From Octopus bimaculoides (taxonomy: Eukaryota), in the NCBI RefSeq assembly GCF_001194135.2, contig NC_068982.1:22496620-22560619 (forward strand): 64,000 nt of DNA, written 5' to 3'. Both the position numbers and the translations under genes were made by a program. Below are positions 23,838 to 37,370 of this stretch, one piece after another. The notes under the pieces were generated by a model that saw only the letters and a list, made by a program, of their open reading frames with translations, was not told the DNA's origin and did no database searches. Position 1 is the stretch's first letter; each line of letters begins with the position of its first letter.

Positions 23838-25750
23838 GTAAGTTGTTTTCGCTGTCAACAGCCTTTTAAAATCAATATTGAGATACAATGATGGTCTTGG
23901 TTAGTCATATATAGATGGAAATGAGATATTCATAGATACACAAATTTAAAAAAAAAAAAAATCAAAATAGGCCTTGTTTATAGAGGAATTACAATACATA
24001 CATGCTATATATTCTCATCATTTCTGTAAAGCTGGGTGATTCTTAGCCAATCTATTCTACAGAGTATAATTTCTAAGACACCAATAGAATAAACATCACC
24101 TTTTCCATAATATTGTTGTAATACAAGGAAAAAAAACAAACTCCAGTACATTGTGTGTGTGTTACAATATTGTAGCCAGCATTTTGTGATTACAGTGTTC
24201 TGGGTAAAGGAGAATTAAAATGCTACCATTCATTTCAGGTGATGAGGGATGAGATTGGTCTGTTAAAAAGTAACTTCATTAGCCCCTGCTGAGTCTCCAA
24301 GTGAGCATAATTTATTGTAAATATAACTATATGGATATTTTATTTAATGTTATCACTTTGCTCAACTTTAATTGTTGTTTGAAAGCAGTTAAAATTTGAA
24401 TAAAGTTGTTTTCTCTATTTCAACCCTGTCTCATCTTTGAGACATTGTATTTGAATCTATTCTATTTTTCCCATGATTTTCACGATCTATTTCCACTGCA
24501 CGAGCACAATTTCTTTTTTGTGTGTGTATGTGTGTTTCTGTCTAGTGTGCATCATCCATTCATTTTATATGTCTCAATTCATATTCCATGAGGTTTTCTT
24601 GCAAATTAATGTTGCATACCCAATAAATAAAAAGTATTCACAATTCATTCTGTACTACTCCTTGCAGATCTCTATTTGGTGTGTCTCATTCTTAATCTGC
24701 TTTTGTTTAGAGAGGGGAGGTCTCTCACTTCAAATACATGTCTATTACCAATACCATCTCTAGATAGCTCTCAAGTCACTTTCATAAGTTTCAATCCATA
24801 GAAGTATAGCAAAAGGCCATGTTGTATGTATAATCCTCTGTACAGAATTCAGGCTTGATATAAGCTCCTCAACACTGAACAAGCTCTGCCAGCATTGCAA
24901 CAACCATTATTCATAGTAAAATATTTAGAATCACCCAAAACAACCAATGGAACAGAGAATTCAAATTGCCATTCTAAAAGTGTATTTTCAGTCAACAGAA
25001 ACAGCTTAGAAAATTGAACCAGTATTACATCATAGCATCAATCAGAATGGCATTGATTCTATAAGTCTTGCTTACACTGCCTTTATGCATCAAGCTTTAA
25101 GAATTACGGAACATGATGCAATTGAGAAGCTGCATGATAAAGTGAATTTCAACCTTCTAGTATGAAAAACCGAAGGTTTCGTTTCTTGAAAGTTCATTAA
25201 GTTATTGTTATGTGATTCTTTGAATACTTTACAAACCTCTTCAATGTTCAGTTTATTTTACTCTGTTCTCAAGGGTATTGGTCAGTCCTTTAAGTAGATT
25301 TGGCCAAATTTCACACTATTAATCAGTGTATGGCAGTGATCCAAACTTTCTTTCAACTTTATTTTTTTTATGCTAGATATAATAATGGGATATGAACCTC
25401 GTTGCTCTTTAGTAACTGTCAAAGCCAAGAACATGATATGCTGTGGAGTTTTCCAGTAGCAATGTAGAATTTTTTTTTATTTTTATTGCACTTACTTGGA
25501 TAAATAAATGAAATGACTTATTTATTCTACTATTTGTGACCTCCAAAATCATTCACTCAGTGTAATGAGCAGCCTCAGTAAAAAGAAATTCAGTGCTACT
25601 TAAGGACCTAAAAAGCCATTGCCTCCTCCAAATGTTTTTCCATACTCCAGGTACCTGCTCTCTTTCCCTGTGCAGTTTTGTGGTCCGTTTGCCAGGCTCG
25701 GCAAATATACTTTCTTTATAGTTATTTCCTTGCGTTTCCATTTGTTTCAT

Positions 25751-25789
25751 CAGAAGATTACAGAAGAAATCCAGAAGATTACAGAAGAA
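25751..25789 (+). repeat. Short direct repeat with 21-bp period
   Basis: cagaagattacagaagaa at 25751 and 25772. Confidence 0.8.
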
Positions 25790-27599
25790 GATAACATGTT
25801 TGCTTTGAAAATAAATTTAATTTTCAAGAAAATGGATTAATGTGTTTTGGACAAGTTTCAATTTGTGTGTGTGTGTTAGAGAGAAAGAAAAAGAAATGTC
25901 TGCAAAAATTTGTTTTGGAATTAAGGTGATTGAATGTTTGCTCTGTTGAACATTTACATTAAACACTTAAGCCACAGGGTCCTCTAAACTCATGAAGATA
26001 TATTAAAGTTTAGGTCATGTTTGGTTTTCAAGATGACTTTGAATTTTTTTTTTTTTTCAAAAAAGAAAAGAAGAAATTATATGCTTATGAGACTCCAGTT
26101 TATTTTTATTTTCCATCCTGATTATTCATAATCTACCCAACATTTAATATTTTGTTTGACTGTATTTATCCATGTCTACTTGCTTTCACCATGATGGAAG
26201 TATATTTGAATAAATATATCCGTAATCATTAAAATTTTCAACATGGTTACATTAATGTGCATGTGTGACACCGGGACATTTAGGTCAAAACTTTTTACCA
26301 TCTGTTGCCAGAGTACATTTACATTGAAGAAGAGATATGAAGTTATTTTTAGGTGCATTTAATTTTCTGAGGTTTTAAGATGACAAAGATAATTGTGTGG
26401 ATGTACAAATAGGTGAGTGATTAAGTTTCACAGCCATGTGGTACTATTTATTCTATCTTAAGGAGGTGTATAAACCATAACCTTGGTTTGACTCAGCATT
26501 CGAGTGAATTTGAGCTGATGGAAACTATATAGAAACCTATTGGTTGCACTGTACCTGGTAATTCAGAGGTCCAGCCTTGTTGCATTTGTGTCGTACTGAT
26601 TCCGTGGAGAGTAGGCCTGTTTATAGAATCGTTATGCCTTCACTTTGTACATTTCAATGAGTAGGTTTTCCAGTTGAAACAACAGCCATGTGCTCATAAT
26701 TCAAAATTGACCTGAGGATCCCTCACTCATAATTTGATGGAATGTTAAATTCTAATTAGTTTACTACTGCCCATTTGCATTAATACAAAGAATATGCCAA
26801 CCATAAATTCTTAATTGATATTGCTATTTCCTTTGCTAGAAGTTATCAAACTGATTGTTGTAAGGGTTTACAATTTGTGTACCCATCAGTTTTAACCCAT
26901 TCTGATTTTTTTTGCCTAGCATGGCTTTCTTTGTGTGTGATTTCCTTTACGTGATGGGTTTTCTGAATTATTTTCCCCATCTGCCGCCTCCTAAATGCTA
27001 TGTAGCCAAGATTGCTTAACAGTGAAGTAATATTATCTCCATATGTACTATTCTGATGACAGGGTATAAGTGGTTTGAGAACAGATATATTGTAACTGAT
27101 CTACGTACCTGTTTTTCATGTCCAGGGAAGTTTACTTGGGTTTAAAAAAAAAAAAAAAGGCTGATTTAGTGGCTGACACTTGTCACATTCCTCGAAATGT
27201 GTCAATTTGCAGATATTAGCATGTAATTTAGCTTTTAGCTCCAGTTTCTGACCAAAAGCATTGCCAGCCTACTTTATTTTTGTCTTACACATTATCTAAA
27301 ATTATTAACTAGTGTTTTTTTGTTTTTTTTTTAATTTTGAGGATAATTTTGGCTGTTGTTGCTTAAGTTAATCAAGCATATTGATTGAGGATTCGTTGCT
27401 GGCGCACAGATTGGTGCACATGTGAATTGTCGTTCCATGTAAACTTTTTGTTGTGCCTTTATAGTCTGATTCTGAGCCCTGTCGGAGTTGTACTAGTTAA
27501 GTAAAAGTTTATTTCATTGATTTGACCTTCTTTTCAAGTAAGAAATCCTATTTGATATGTAGACAATAGTAGATGAGAAAATGTCACCTTATCAGCCAA

Positions 27600-27712
27600 C
27601 ATTAAACTGTGCCAAAACAGATACACAAGCCTGGTGCAGGCTCCTGCCGGACCAGCTCCTGTGAAACCGTCCAACCCATGCCAGCATAGAAGGCAGATGT
27701 TAAGCAATGGTT
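27600..27712 (+). mobile_element. Family D fragment
   Basis: gctcctgtgaaaccgtccaacccatgccagcatagaaggcagatgttaa. Confidence 0.6.
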
Positions 27713-30700
27713 AACTTGTTAATATTTTGTTTCCTCTATTTTCCATCGGGGGTGGGGGGTGAATTCTAATTTTGGACAAGCTGGATCAATCCATGTTTTT
27801 GATGATAATTTGATACCTTGAAGTATTTTATGTTCAGTTTTACCTTGATCCTCTCGGGTTCACACAATAAGTTTCAGTATGTGTTGTTCGTCCTTCCCAC
27901 CCACTCACCAGATTATTCTTACACTAGAAATCATTAATTATGGTTACTAGTAATTTTTTTTTATGTTGTAGGATTTATCATGAAACTATTAAAATTAGCT
28001 CATTTTCAAACTTTATGATTTGAATTTTTCATGAAACTATTGACTTTTTCCCCTTAAGTTACTTTCATAAAGTTAAATAGAAACTGATTGAATCACCTAC
28101 CACCACAACCAGCTGCCTTTAGTTACTCACCAGTTAACTTATCAACAAAAAAGAAAAAAAAAAGAGAAAGTTTATTAGGTCCTCTTATTTTTAGCCAGTT
28201 ATTTGTCTCAAAATTAAACTTGTTGACTAATAATCTCCTTATACTTGCTGACCCCTTGAATGTTTTGGGTTTGTCATTGTCACTGGTTAATAAATGCATT
28301 GAAAACCAACAATTTGTTGATCAGACAAAACTAGAATAATTACTACTTCATTTGCTGCTGCTTCTCCCACTGGCTCCTCTTGTTTTTCTCTTTTGTCCTC
28401 TTCCTTGTGATTGCTGCTGACTGCTTTGGCTCTCCACTGCCTCCATTGGAAAGAGGGTGGCAGTAGTGGTCTGCTTAACACTTTTCTACCACCACTGTCT
28501 TTCTAGCCTTACAGTGTCAGTCAGCACTAGAATAATTTTATATAAGCTGTGTATGTGTGTGTGTGTGTGGCAAAGAGAGAGAGAGAGAGAGAGAAAGGAA
28601 AGAAAATAAGTAGAGAAGGATGAGTGCTTGTACAAAATTTAGCTCCAGGCATTAAACTGATGTAGTGGAGAGTGTGGGAGCTGTCAACTCTGCCCTTACT
28701 GCTGCATGGTTACTAGTTTTAAGCCACCGGTTTGCTGCTGCTGCTGCTCCGTATTGCTTTAGCTGCTGCTTCTATCTGTATCTATCACTATTAGTCTCGC
28801 TCAGTGCCTACTACCTAGTGTTCTGGTTGCTGCTGCTATTGTTGCCTGTTATATTCATCAGGCTCTAATGCCACAAGGATGCATCCTTACTACTTTGTGC
28901 AGTATTTACCTATTACACTTAAACAAGACCTGGTAAGTGAAGTTTTATTGCAAAAAAAAAAAAGAAAATGAAGAGAAAAAGAGAGAAAAAAATTCTTTAA
29001 AACGATAATTGTGTATCATGTACTTGGATTTCCTGTTACCTTGTTTACTGCAGTTGATATGATTGCCGTTGGAAGTTTTTCTCCAGACCATGTTCTTATT
29101 GGTTGGTCATTCAGTTGGTGTAATGTGTAATTGGATTACCCCAGTCACTTAGATCTTATGTTTTATAAATATCGAAAGGAGTACCGAAAAACAACAAAAA
29201 GAAATGGTTTAGGTTAAGCTAATGGAATATGATATTAAGAGATCGAGTAAAATTGTGTTGCTTCTCTTTTGTTTTTCTGGGTTACTGTTAGATTTTTGTA
29301 CAATCTTCAGTAATATTTTATTCAGAGGTGAAATAAATTCTACTGCTAGCCTGTTCCCTTTTCCTTTTACTAGCAAAGCTGGAGATAAAGGATAAAGTAG
29401 AGGGGGGGGAGCTTTTCCTTTGTGTGTCCAAACTGTATTGTATTTTGTTACTGCTTTATGTCTTTTGAAGGCTTTTCTATGGATCTTAATTTTATTTATT
29501 TATTTTTTATTTTCATTGTATAGTTTTGACACGGTTATTCCTTTCAAAATGTGGTTGTAAATTCAAATGAAAGCAGATCTGTGTTACGAGATCTCACTAA
29601 ATCCTGTATAATTTAATACCACAGTTAACTATTTAAAGCTAAATTATCGAATAAATCATTCACCCCATTATGAGTGAAATATTAAATTTGCTAATGCCTG
29701 GTTGTATTTCATGTATGAAAACTTATCCATACGTGGCGATGGATAACTTCATTTTTTACATAACTACATTTTCCGTTTCTTTGTAAATTTTTGTCTGTAT
29801 TCTTCCATTTTACTTTTATTCTGTCAATATGACATGCATTTATGAAATTGGTGATTATTTCATCCTTGTTTCTATTTGGTTCTACGTATTTAATAAATTC
29901 AATTCTGATTGGGCCCGGTTAAACTGTTTGCTTTAGACACATATAAAGGCTGTTGAGAGTAACGCTGTTTTTCCTCTCAAGTTTTTGTTGTGATTCTCTT
30001 GAGTTGTAACTAGAAATTTTGTTTGGCCTTAGCTCTGCTATCATTGAGCAGATCGATGGTCAGAGATGTACCGGCCATGACCACCTTGCCTTAATGTATA
30101 TGAGAAGTACATTATCTCATATATCCTTCAAGAAATTAGAATTTATTAACATAAAGGATCATCTATTTCTAGCTGTTGGAGTAACTAACCACTTAGTGGC
30201 TCTACTGTTGAGAGAAATTTCTTTGAGATATAGTTAAGTTAGACTTAGTTTGTGATTTTAATTTTGTAACCTACCTCATCTCATAAAGCCAAAAGGTTAA
30301 ATTTCAAAGTTTTGATAAAAATGATATTTTCTAAAGTATTTCTATTTTTGTGATTATGTTTCTAAATATTTTTGTCTTTAAGTAGTTTATTGTAATATAC
30401 GCAAGTTACATTCACCTATTATTCCAGTATTCCTCATTTTCTCTATAGACCTTTGTAGTTTTTAAGTGTAATGACTATTTTCATGCTAGTATCTCAACTG
30501 TGAATTCATCTGAATACGACTTTGTTGTTTTCTCATCTGATCAATGTGATGAATTGTTTGATCTACTTCTTTTGTGTGTTTACTCACCATACTGTTTCCT
30601 TTACTATTTGCTGTTGGTCGATATTGATATTATTTAAAGCAAAGATGTGCATCATATTTATTTCATTGCATTGCCTTCCAACAAATCTATATTATTAATA

Positions 30701-30781
30701 GGAATAAAAAAAAAAATGTTTAAAAAAAAAAGAAAAAGCATTCCAATATCGGTTTCTGTCATAATCAGCCTTGCCTCTTCC

Positions 30782-30785
<4 letters not shown>

Positions 30786-30841
<56 letters not shown>
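30786..30841. repeat. (CA)n microsatellite
   Basis: Pure dinucleotide run of about 28 units. Confidence 0.97.
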
Positions 30842-30843
<2 letters not shown>

Positions 30844-33176
30844 ATGCATTTCCTCTCTGCCTCTTTCTCTTACACTGCCAACATAACTTAATACTAGCTA
30901 ACAGAAAAATCAGTTGCACTGTAGCAATATTTCAATACTTCTTAGCTAACTCATATATCATTGCTGCTTTTATAGATTGATTTCATTATGAAATTGAGCG
31001 AATCGGATTCTTTTTCTTTTATTTATTTGTGAGTGTTTGTAAATATGTGTATGTCTGCATCCTTTTAAACCAAGGGAAATAAGGCTGCACATTGATGTAC
31101 TAAATACATTGTTAGGCTACCTTAACTAACTTTAATGTTTTCATAAGTTAACTAACATTAATCTGGGTCATATATTAGAAATGGTTGCCAGTTTTTCTTA
31201 TTGTGTATTTCATGTTTAAAATTAGTTCTTGTTAGAGATCATCTTTAATTTGATTTAAAAATAAAAAATAAAAATAAAAATTTTTTTCTCCATCTGAAAT
31301 GGATTTGGTCTTGTCTAGTTAAATTATTTTCATGTTATCAGATTTATATAACAGCTACCTAATTTTAATCCTGTTTCTGACAAGTCGAATTATTTGGCTG
31401 ATAACTTTTGAAATATGATTTTGACTGCGCTTACTTTATACTATTTAATATTGCAGTATTCTAGATTAATCCAGTTATACAAATCTTATTGACCATGTCT
31501 ACGCATTTTCACTTGTATACATGTTTTATTTGATATTTCAAATGTGTTAAGCTATTCTGATGCTTATATTTTATACATTTGATGGATTAATTTGTCATTT
31601 GACATAATGTTATCACTTTCGCCATAAGACATGGTAGTGAGTTGGCTTAACTGATTGTAGTTATGTCTGCGTTCTTAGTTCGGGTCTTAGCTCTGAACTG
31701 GTTAACTCCACATATTTATGGTCTTTTGCCAGTGTAAGGATTTCTCTTCGCATATGTCTTCAAATGCATTACACACTTAACTTTACATAAATCTGAAGCG
31801 TCATCTATATATGTATAAAAGAAAATTTTCTTTTTTTTTATCTCTGATTCTTGATTGGGGTTTCGAATAAGTTACTGTGTACAGTTTCATTGCTAAAAGT
31901 TAGAAATAGGTGAAAACTAAACACCAGGGATTTGATATTTGCTGTTTGTACTTATTTGAAATAACAATATTAAATAGAAGAGGAATGAGAAGGAATCTAT
32001 GATAAAATTGCTTGCACTGTCTATTTTCATACTTCATTCTGAGTTCCAATCTCAATGAGTTTGACTTCCACCATTCAAGTACTAATAATATATCAAGGTA
32101 GATTTAATTAACTTATTTTCCCTTCTTAGCAAAAATTAGTTTTGTTAATAGAAAAAGTCAATATTAAATGGAAGCTCTCTGGCATTTGTGTGATGAATAG
32201 TTAATTGCTTGACCTTTCATGATCAGAGATATGTATCAATGGGTAATAAGACCTGTTGACCTTTTCCCAGAGATTCTGGTACCTGTGCACAGCATCTTGG
32301 TGAATTGAGACTTGAATGTATCTGATGCCCTCTCCTTCTGAAATGATTGCTGCAGATGTAAACTTGCAGTGAATCAGGTGTACGTGTAGAATGTTATCCA
32401 CTTGATCTGTCAACAGCTAGAAATATAAAAAAAAAAGACAAACAAACTCAATACTAATCCTTATAAGATCCACAAGAAAAAGCCTGCAATCTCTCCCTTT
32501 TCAACTGAAATACTTATTGAAAAGTTAAATTTGAGAGTGAGAAAGCTCAATTATTTTAGCCTCAGTTGGATAAGATGCTAACGTTTTCATGTTTTTGAAT
32601 TAAGCTTTACTTTCCTTTGATTCTGTAATGCTCATTGTAGGTAATCCATTGATATTGAATTCTTGTAATATATTGGGCTAACTTCCCTAATAATTTCACG
32701 CGAATAACTTTAGTTCGGAGTTGGTTTCTAATTGTTATTAGACTGTTAATTCTTATGAAAGTGATAAAAACTAGCTCTAACTTTTTTTTTCTTTTATAAG
32801 TTGTCCTACTTGGCAAAGTGCTGTCCTTTAATTGACTAGTTGGGAAAATCCCATTAGTTAGCTTCTAGGATCGATCATTATTTTCAGCTTTGTTCAGTTC
32901 CGCCATCATATGATTTTAATGTACTGTGATGGTTTTCGATTGGTCTGACATACAGCATATTGCTGCAATTCACCATGGCCTTTTGTCAGCTCTTCTGTGA
33001 GATTCAGCTCCGGAAGTCTGACCTCACCGTTTCTTTTGGTGATATGGGTACCCTCTGAAAACAAATTAGCTTGCGTAAATTTTTCTCATCCCATTTTCGC
33101 ATTATAAATGAAATAGAAATAGAAAATGTGTACTTACACGTTTTACTCTACTTCTCTTGTCTGTCTGTTGGCCTGC

Positions 33177-33184
<8 letters not shown>

Positions 33185-33274
<90 letters not shown>

Positions 33275-33286
33275 CTCTCTCTCTCT
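33185..33286. repeat. Compound (CA)n(CT)n microsatellite
   Basis: About 43 CA units followed by 8 CT units. Confidence 0.97.
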
Positions 33287-34109
33287 ATTTGTGAGCATAC
33301 TGTTGAAAATGAGTACTGTTTGTTGTACAAATTGAAATGGTTACTTGAATGTTACCGGTTTTAGTATGTGGTTATTTTAACCTATATATATATATATATA
33401 TATATATATTTTCTAAGCTTTAAAAGTTAGATTGACAAGTGACAGTTCTATTTATTGCGTTATGTAAACTCAACTTTTCTGCATCTCTCTTCACATACAT
33501 ATCATAACAAGTCACATGCTTTTACTTGTTACCTATATAAATTAATGGTCTCTTCACCAATGTAATTGGACCAATAAATATTGATCATATAAGAGAATTG
33601 TTTTAATTATAACCTGAACGAAATTGTTTGGTTTACTCCTCCCTTCCTCCCTTGTCACTCAGTGTCTATTTGCCTGTGTGTTTCCACTGCAATAGAAATT
33701 TCAAGTGCAGTCTGGAAAGAAATCAATATTTCCATGTTGTGGGTTTCTGCTTGTCTTTCTGGCACATTTTCACAACTTGAGCACACACAAATACATTTTA
33801 TATAATCTCATCTTGCTGTCTAATAGTGTGTGTGCTCAATAAATGCTTTATCTTTTCTTTTTTTTTTTCAATACTTCACCTTATTAACAAACATTATTTA
33901 ATGTTTGGTTATTGATTTTGAAATATTATATAACAATTAAGTTATCTACTTCAAAGTTCTTTGTAAAGATATTTGAGATCCTCGTCTTTCCCCTCTCCCT
34001 TTTATCAACTAGTGATAATTTACAGTTGATTTCAACTTTTACAGATGTAAAATCATAAATCTTTGTGTAAAAATCAACTCAAACGAAAGCAATTCTATAA
34101 ATTAGTATA

Positions 34110-34790
<681 letters not shown>

Positions 34791-35644
34791 GTAGGTAATG
34801 CTTATTTTTTTCTTCTAAAGTGACATGACTCCTTACTGAACATTTTAAAAGGGTGCTATATAATCAAATGAATTATGAATAGCGTATTTTTTATGACTAA
34901 TATGACTTTAAAAAAAAAAAAAATGATTCCATTTAATGTTTGATATAAAACTTGTTCCATATTTATGCCTGAGGATTCCAGTGGAATCTGCATTGAATTT
35001 GACAATATAGACAATATATTTTTAGTACACAGAGAATAATAGGTTTCGTTTTTTTTTTAAAACCAGAATATGTTGGAAAGTTAATTTTTAATTTACTTTT
35101 TCTTACTTAGAAGCGAAGCCAACAACATTTAACAAAAACTTAAACACATTTTTCTACTTCATATCTAATGGAAATAATTTTGTTTCCAAAATCAGGTTAC
35201 TACTTNNNNNNNNNNNNNNNNNNNNNNNNNNNNNNNNNNNNNNNNNNNNNNNNNNNNNNNNNNNNNNNNNNNNNNNNNNNNNNNNNNNNNNNNNNNNNNN
35301 NNNNNNNNNNNNNNNNNNNNNNNNNNNNNNNNNNNNNNNNNNNNNNNNNNNNNNNNNNNNNNNNNNNNNNNNNNNNNNNNGCAAAATAATATTTTTTTTT
35401 CTTTATTTTGACTTCCTATGATTTAAAACTTTGCATTTCTTATTTCGCATATTAAAAGCTATTTTAAAAAGAATCTCACAATAATTACATCTGTGGGCAT
35501 GTTTTTATGTACAAAATATCCGTTCCCATTGGATTTCTTTCAGTTTGTAAACATGCAAGAGAAATTTTCATAATGGATGTTAAAATAAAAATTTTCTTAA
35601 AACGCTCTTTTAGTTATGCTTGTTTACTATCTCTGTTGTAAATT

Positions 35645-35760
35645 TAGTCTCACAGGTAAATATACGTGTGTGAATGGCTATTATTGATAGGTATAAGTTT
35701 CCTAGTCTCACAGGTAAATATACGTGTGTGAATGGCTATTATTGATAGGTATAAGTTTCC
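35645..35760 (+). repeat. Perfect 58-bp tandem duplication
   Basis: tagtctcacaggtaaatatacgtgtgtgaatggctattattgataggtataagtttcc occurs at 35645 and again at 35703. Confidence 0.92.
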
Positions 35761-37284
35761 TTTAAGAGATAGTTTTCTTTTCTTTCTTCTATATAATCAT
35801 TTAGTGTTGCAATTTTTTTAATCATTGCTGTGGCTCTTTTGTACGTATTAAACATGGTTTTTGATAGTTGTGGGAGTGTGATTGTTTCAACAACAGCAGT
35901 ATAAGCGTAGCATTTTGTGCATATGCTTTTCAGTTTGTCCTTGCTTTAGCAGCAGCAGTGGCAGCAGCTACCATCAGTCCAGTCAAACCTGAGGTTAATG
36001 ATGAACTAATGTGGATCACGCCTTCACAAGGAATTTAACAGCTCTCCTAGAATAGTCTTTGCATAACTCCGCCCACCATTGTCATAAGGATGATCAGGGC
36101 TTTTCCCAATAGGATATGTTATCTCCCAGAAAAGAAAAACAGTCCATCAATGAATGTTGTATATAGAAATGGTTATTTCGGTTGTAACATTGTTGGGATT
36201 TCCTAATGTACACTGGTCTCAGTCAAATGCTTTTTTTTTTATGTTTGTATTTTGTGGACTGACCTCAACGGAGTAAGGATATGCCTTATGTCTTTGCGAC
36301 TGCTGGCAGTTAATTTATATTTTCATATTGTCCTTTAGCCAGGATCTACTACATTCTTTCTTTCTTCCGTGGATTATCATTAGTTTACTCAATAATGCTT
36401 ATGGAAACTGCTACACAAACACCTCCGGTAAGACTGCAGTGTGTTAATTATGCTAAACTTTGCCTTTCCCTTACTCCACATTGCTTGCAGGCAGCAAGAA
36501 TATGATTCTTGTGATTTCCTTCCGGAAAGTAAGGAGTGGTGGTGGATTGATAATATATAATCGGGTTCGTGCGCGCCTGTATGTGTTACTTTCCTCCTCC
36601 TCCTCTTCCTCCTCCTCCTCCTCTCATCAACTGTATTTATGAAGGATTGTTTTGGAACCACAATCATATAATTAAAATTCACTCCTTCCTTTTTCTGTTA
36701 CCTCCTAATTTTGTTGCTATATTTGTTTTATTGCTTTTTTTCTTTTAACCATCTTTTTATTATTTAATTTTCTGTATTCTAAAAGTCAACTGATTAGGAA
36801 AAAAATTTATTCAAATAAGTGTTGGCCATACTTTAAGTTGTCAAGATTAGTCAATAAATCAACGCACGTGTCTTGAATCTTTTTATTTTTTAGTATAACA
36901 ACTCCTTACTTCTCCGTGACAAAATTTCTATTATAACTTGAGGAAATTTTTTTGAAAGGTAATCCCAGTAATATAATAGTAAAATATAAGGCTATTTTCG
37001 TTTTTTTTTTTTTTTTAAACTTCCCATTGTTTTAAGGACCTTAATTTTTTGCCGGCAGATCTCGAAAATGTAATTCTTTTAGCTGCGGCTTTACATTTTC
37101 CTTATGATCATTAAAATGCCATTGTTTTCAGACTGATGTGATTATTTTTTTTTCTTGTGTATTTTAAGTCTTAAAAATATTTCAATTTATGCTTGCTTTC
37201 GCATACATCACTTAATACTAATGATAATATTCATGATTTGTTAGAAGTAGCTCCCCCTTGTATTGACTGCTGCGTTAGCCACCA

Positions 37285-37370
37285 TTGCCTTTGCCTCTCT
37301 TACTACTACCATGACTACTACTACTACCACCACCACCACCACCACCATTGCTGTTACTACTACTGCTATG
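37285..37370. repeat. Degenerate (CTA)n/(CCA)n trinucleotide repeat
   Basis: tactactacc...caccaccaccaccaccattg...tactactactg. Confidence 0.85.

Noticed and set aside
27054-27099. TGATGA...CTGA box C/D snoRNA-like pair
   Set aside because: Only 46 nt from box C to box D, with no terminal stem or recognisable guide; such motifs are expected by chance in AT-rich DNA.
28665-28868. Hydrophobic 67-aa ORF resembling a small membrane peptide
   Set aside because: It starts at GTG inside a degenerate (CTG)n/(CTA)n tract, and the hydrophobicity follows from T-rich low complexity.
35949-36008. QQQWQQ-like reading resembling the TIA prion-like tail
   Set aside because: A short (CAG)n run that stops within 20 codons and lies in the wrong position in the gene.
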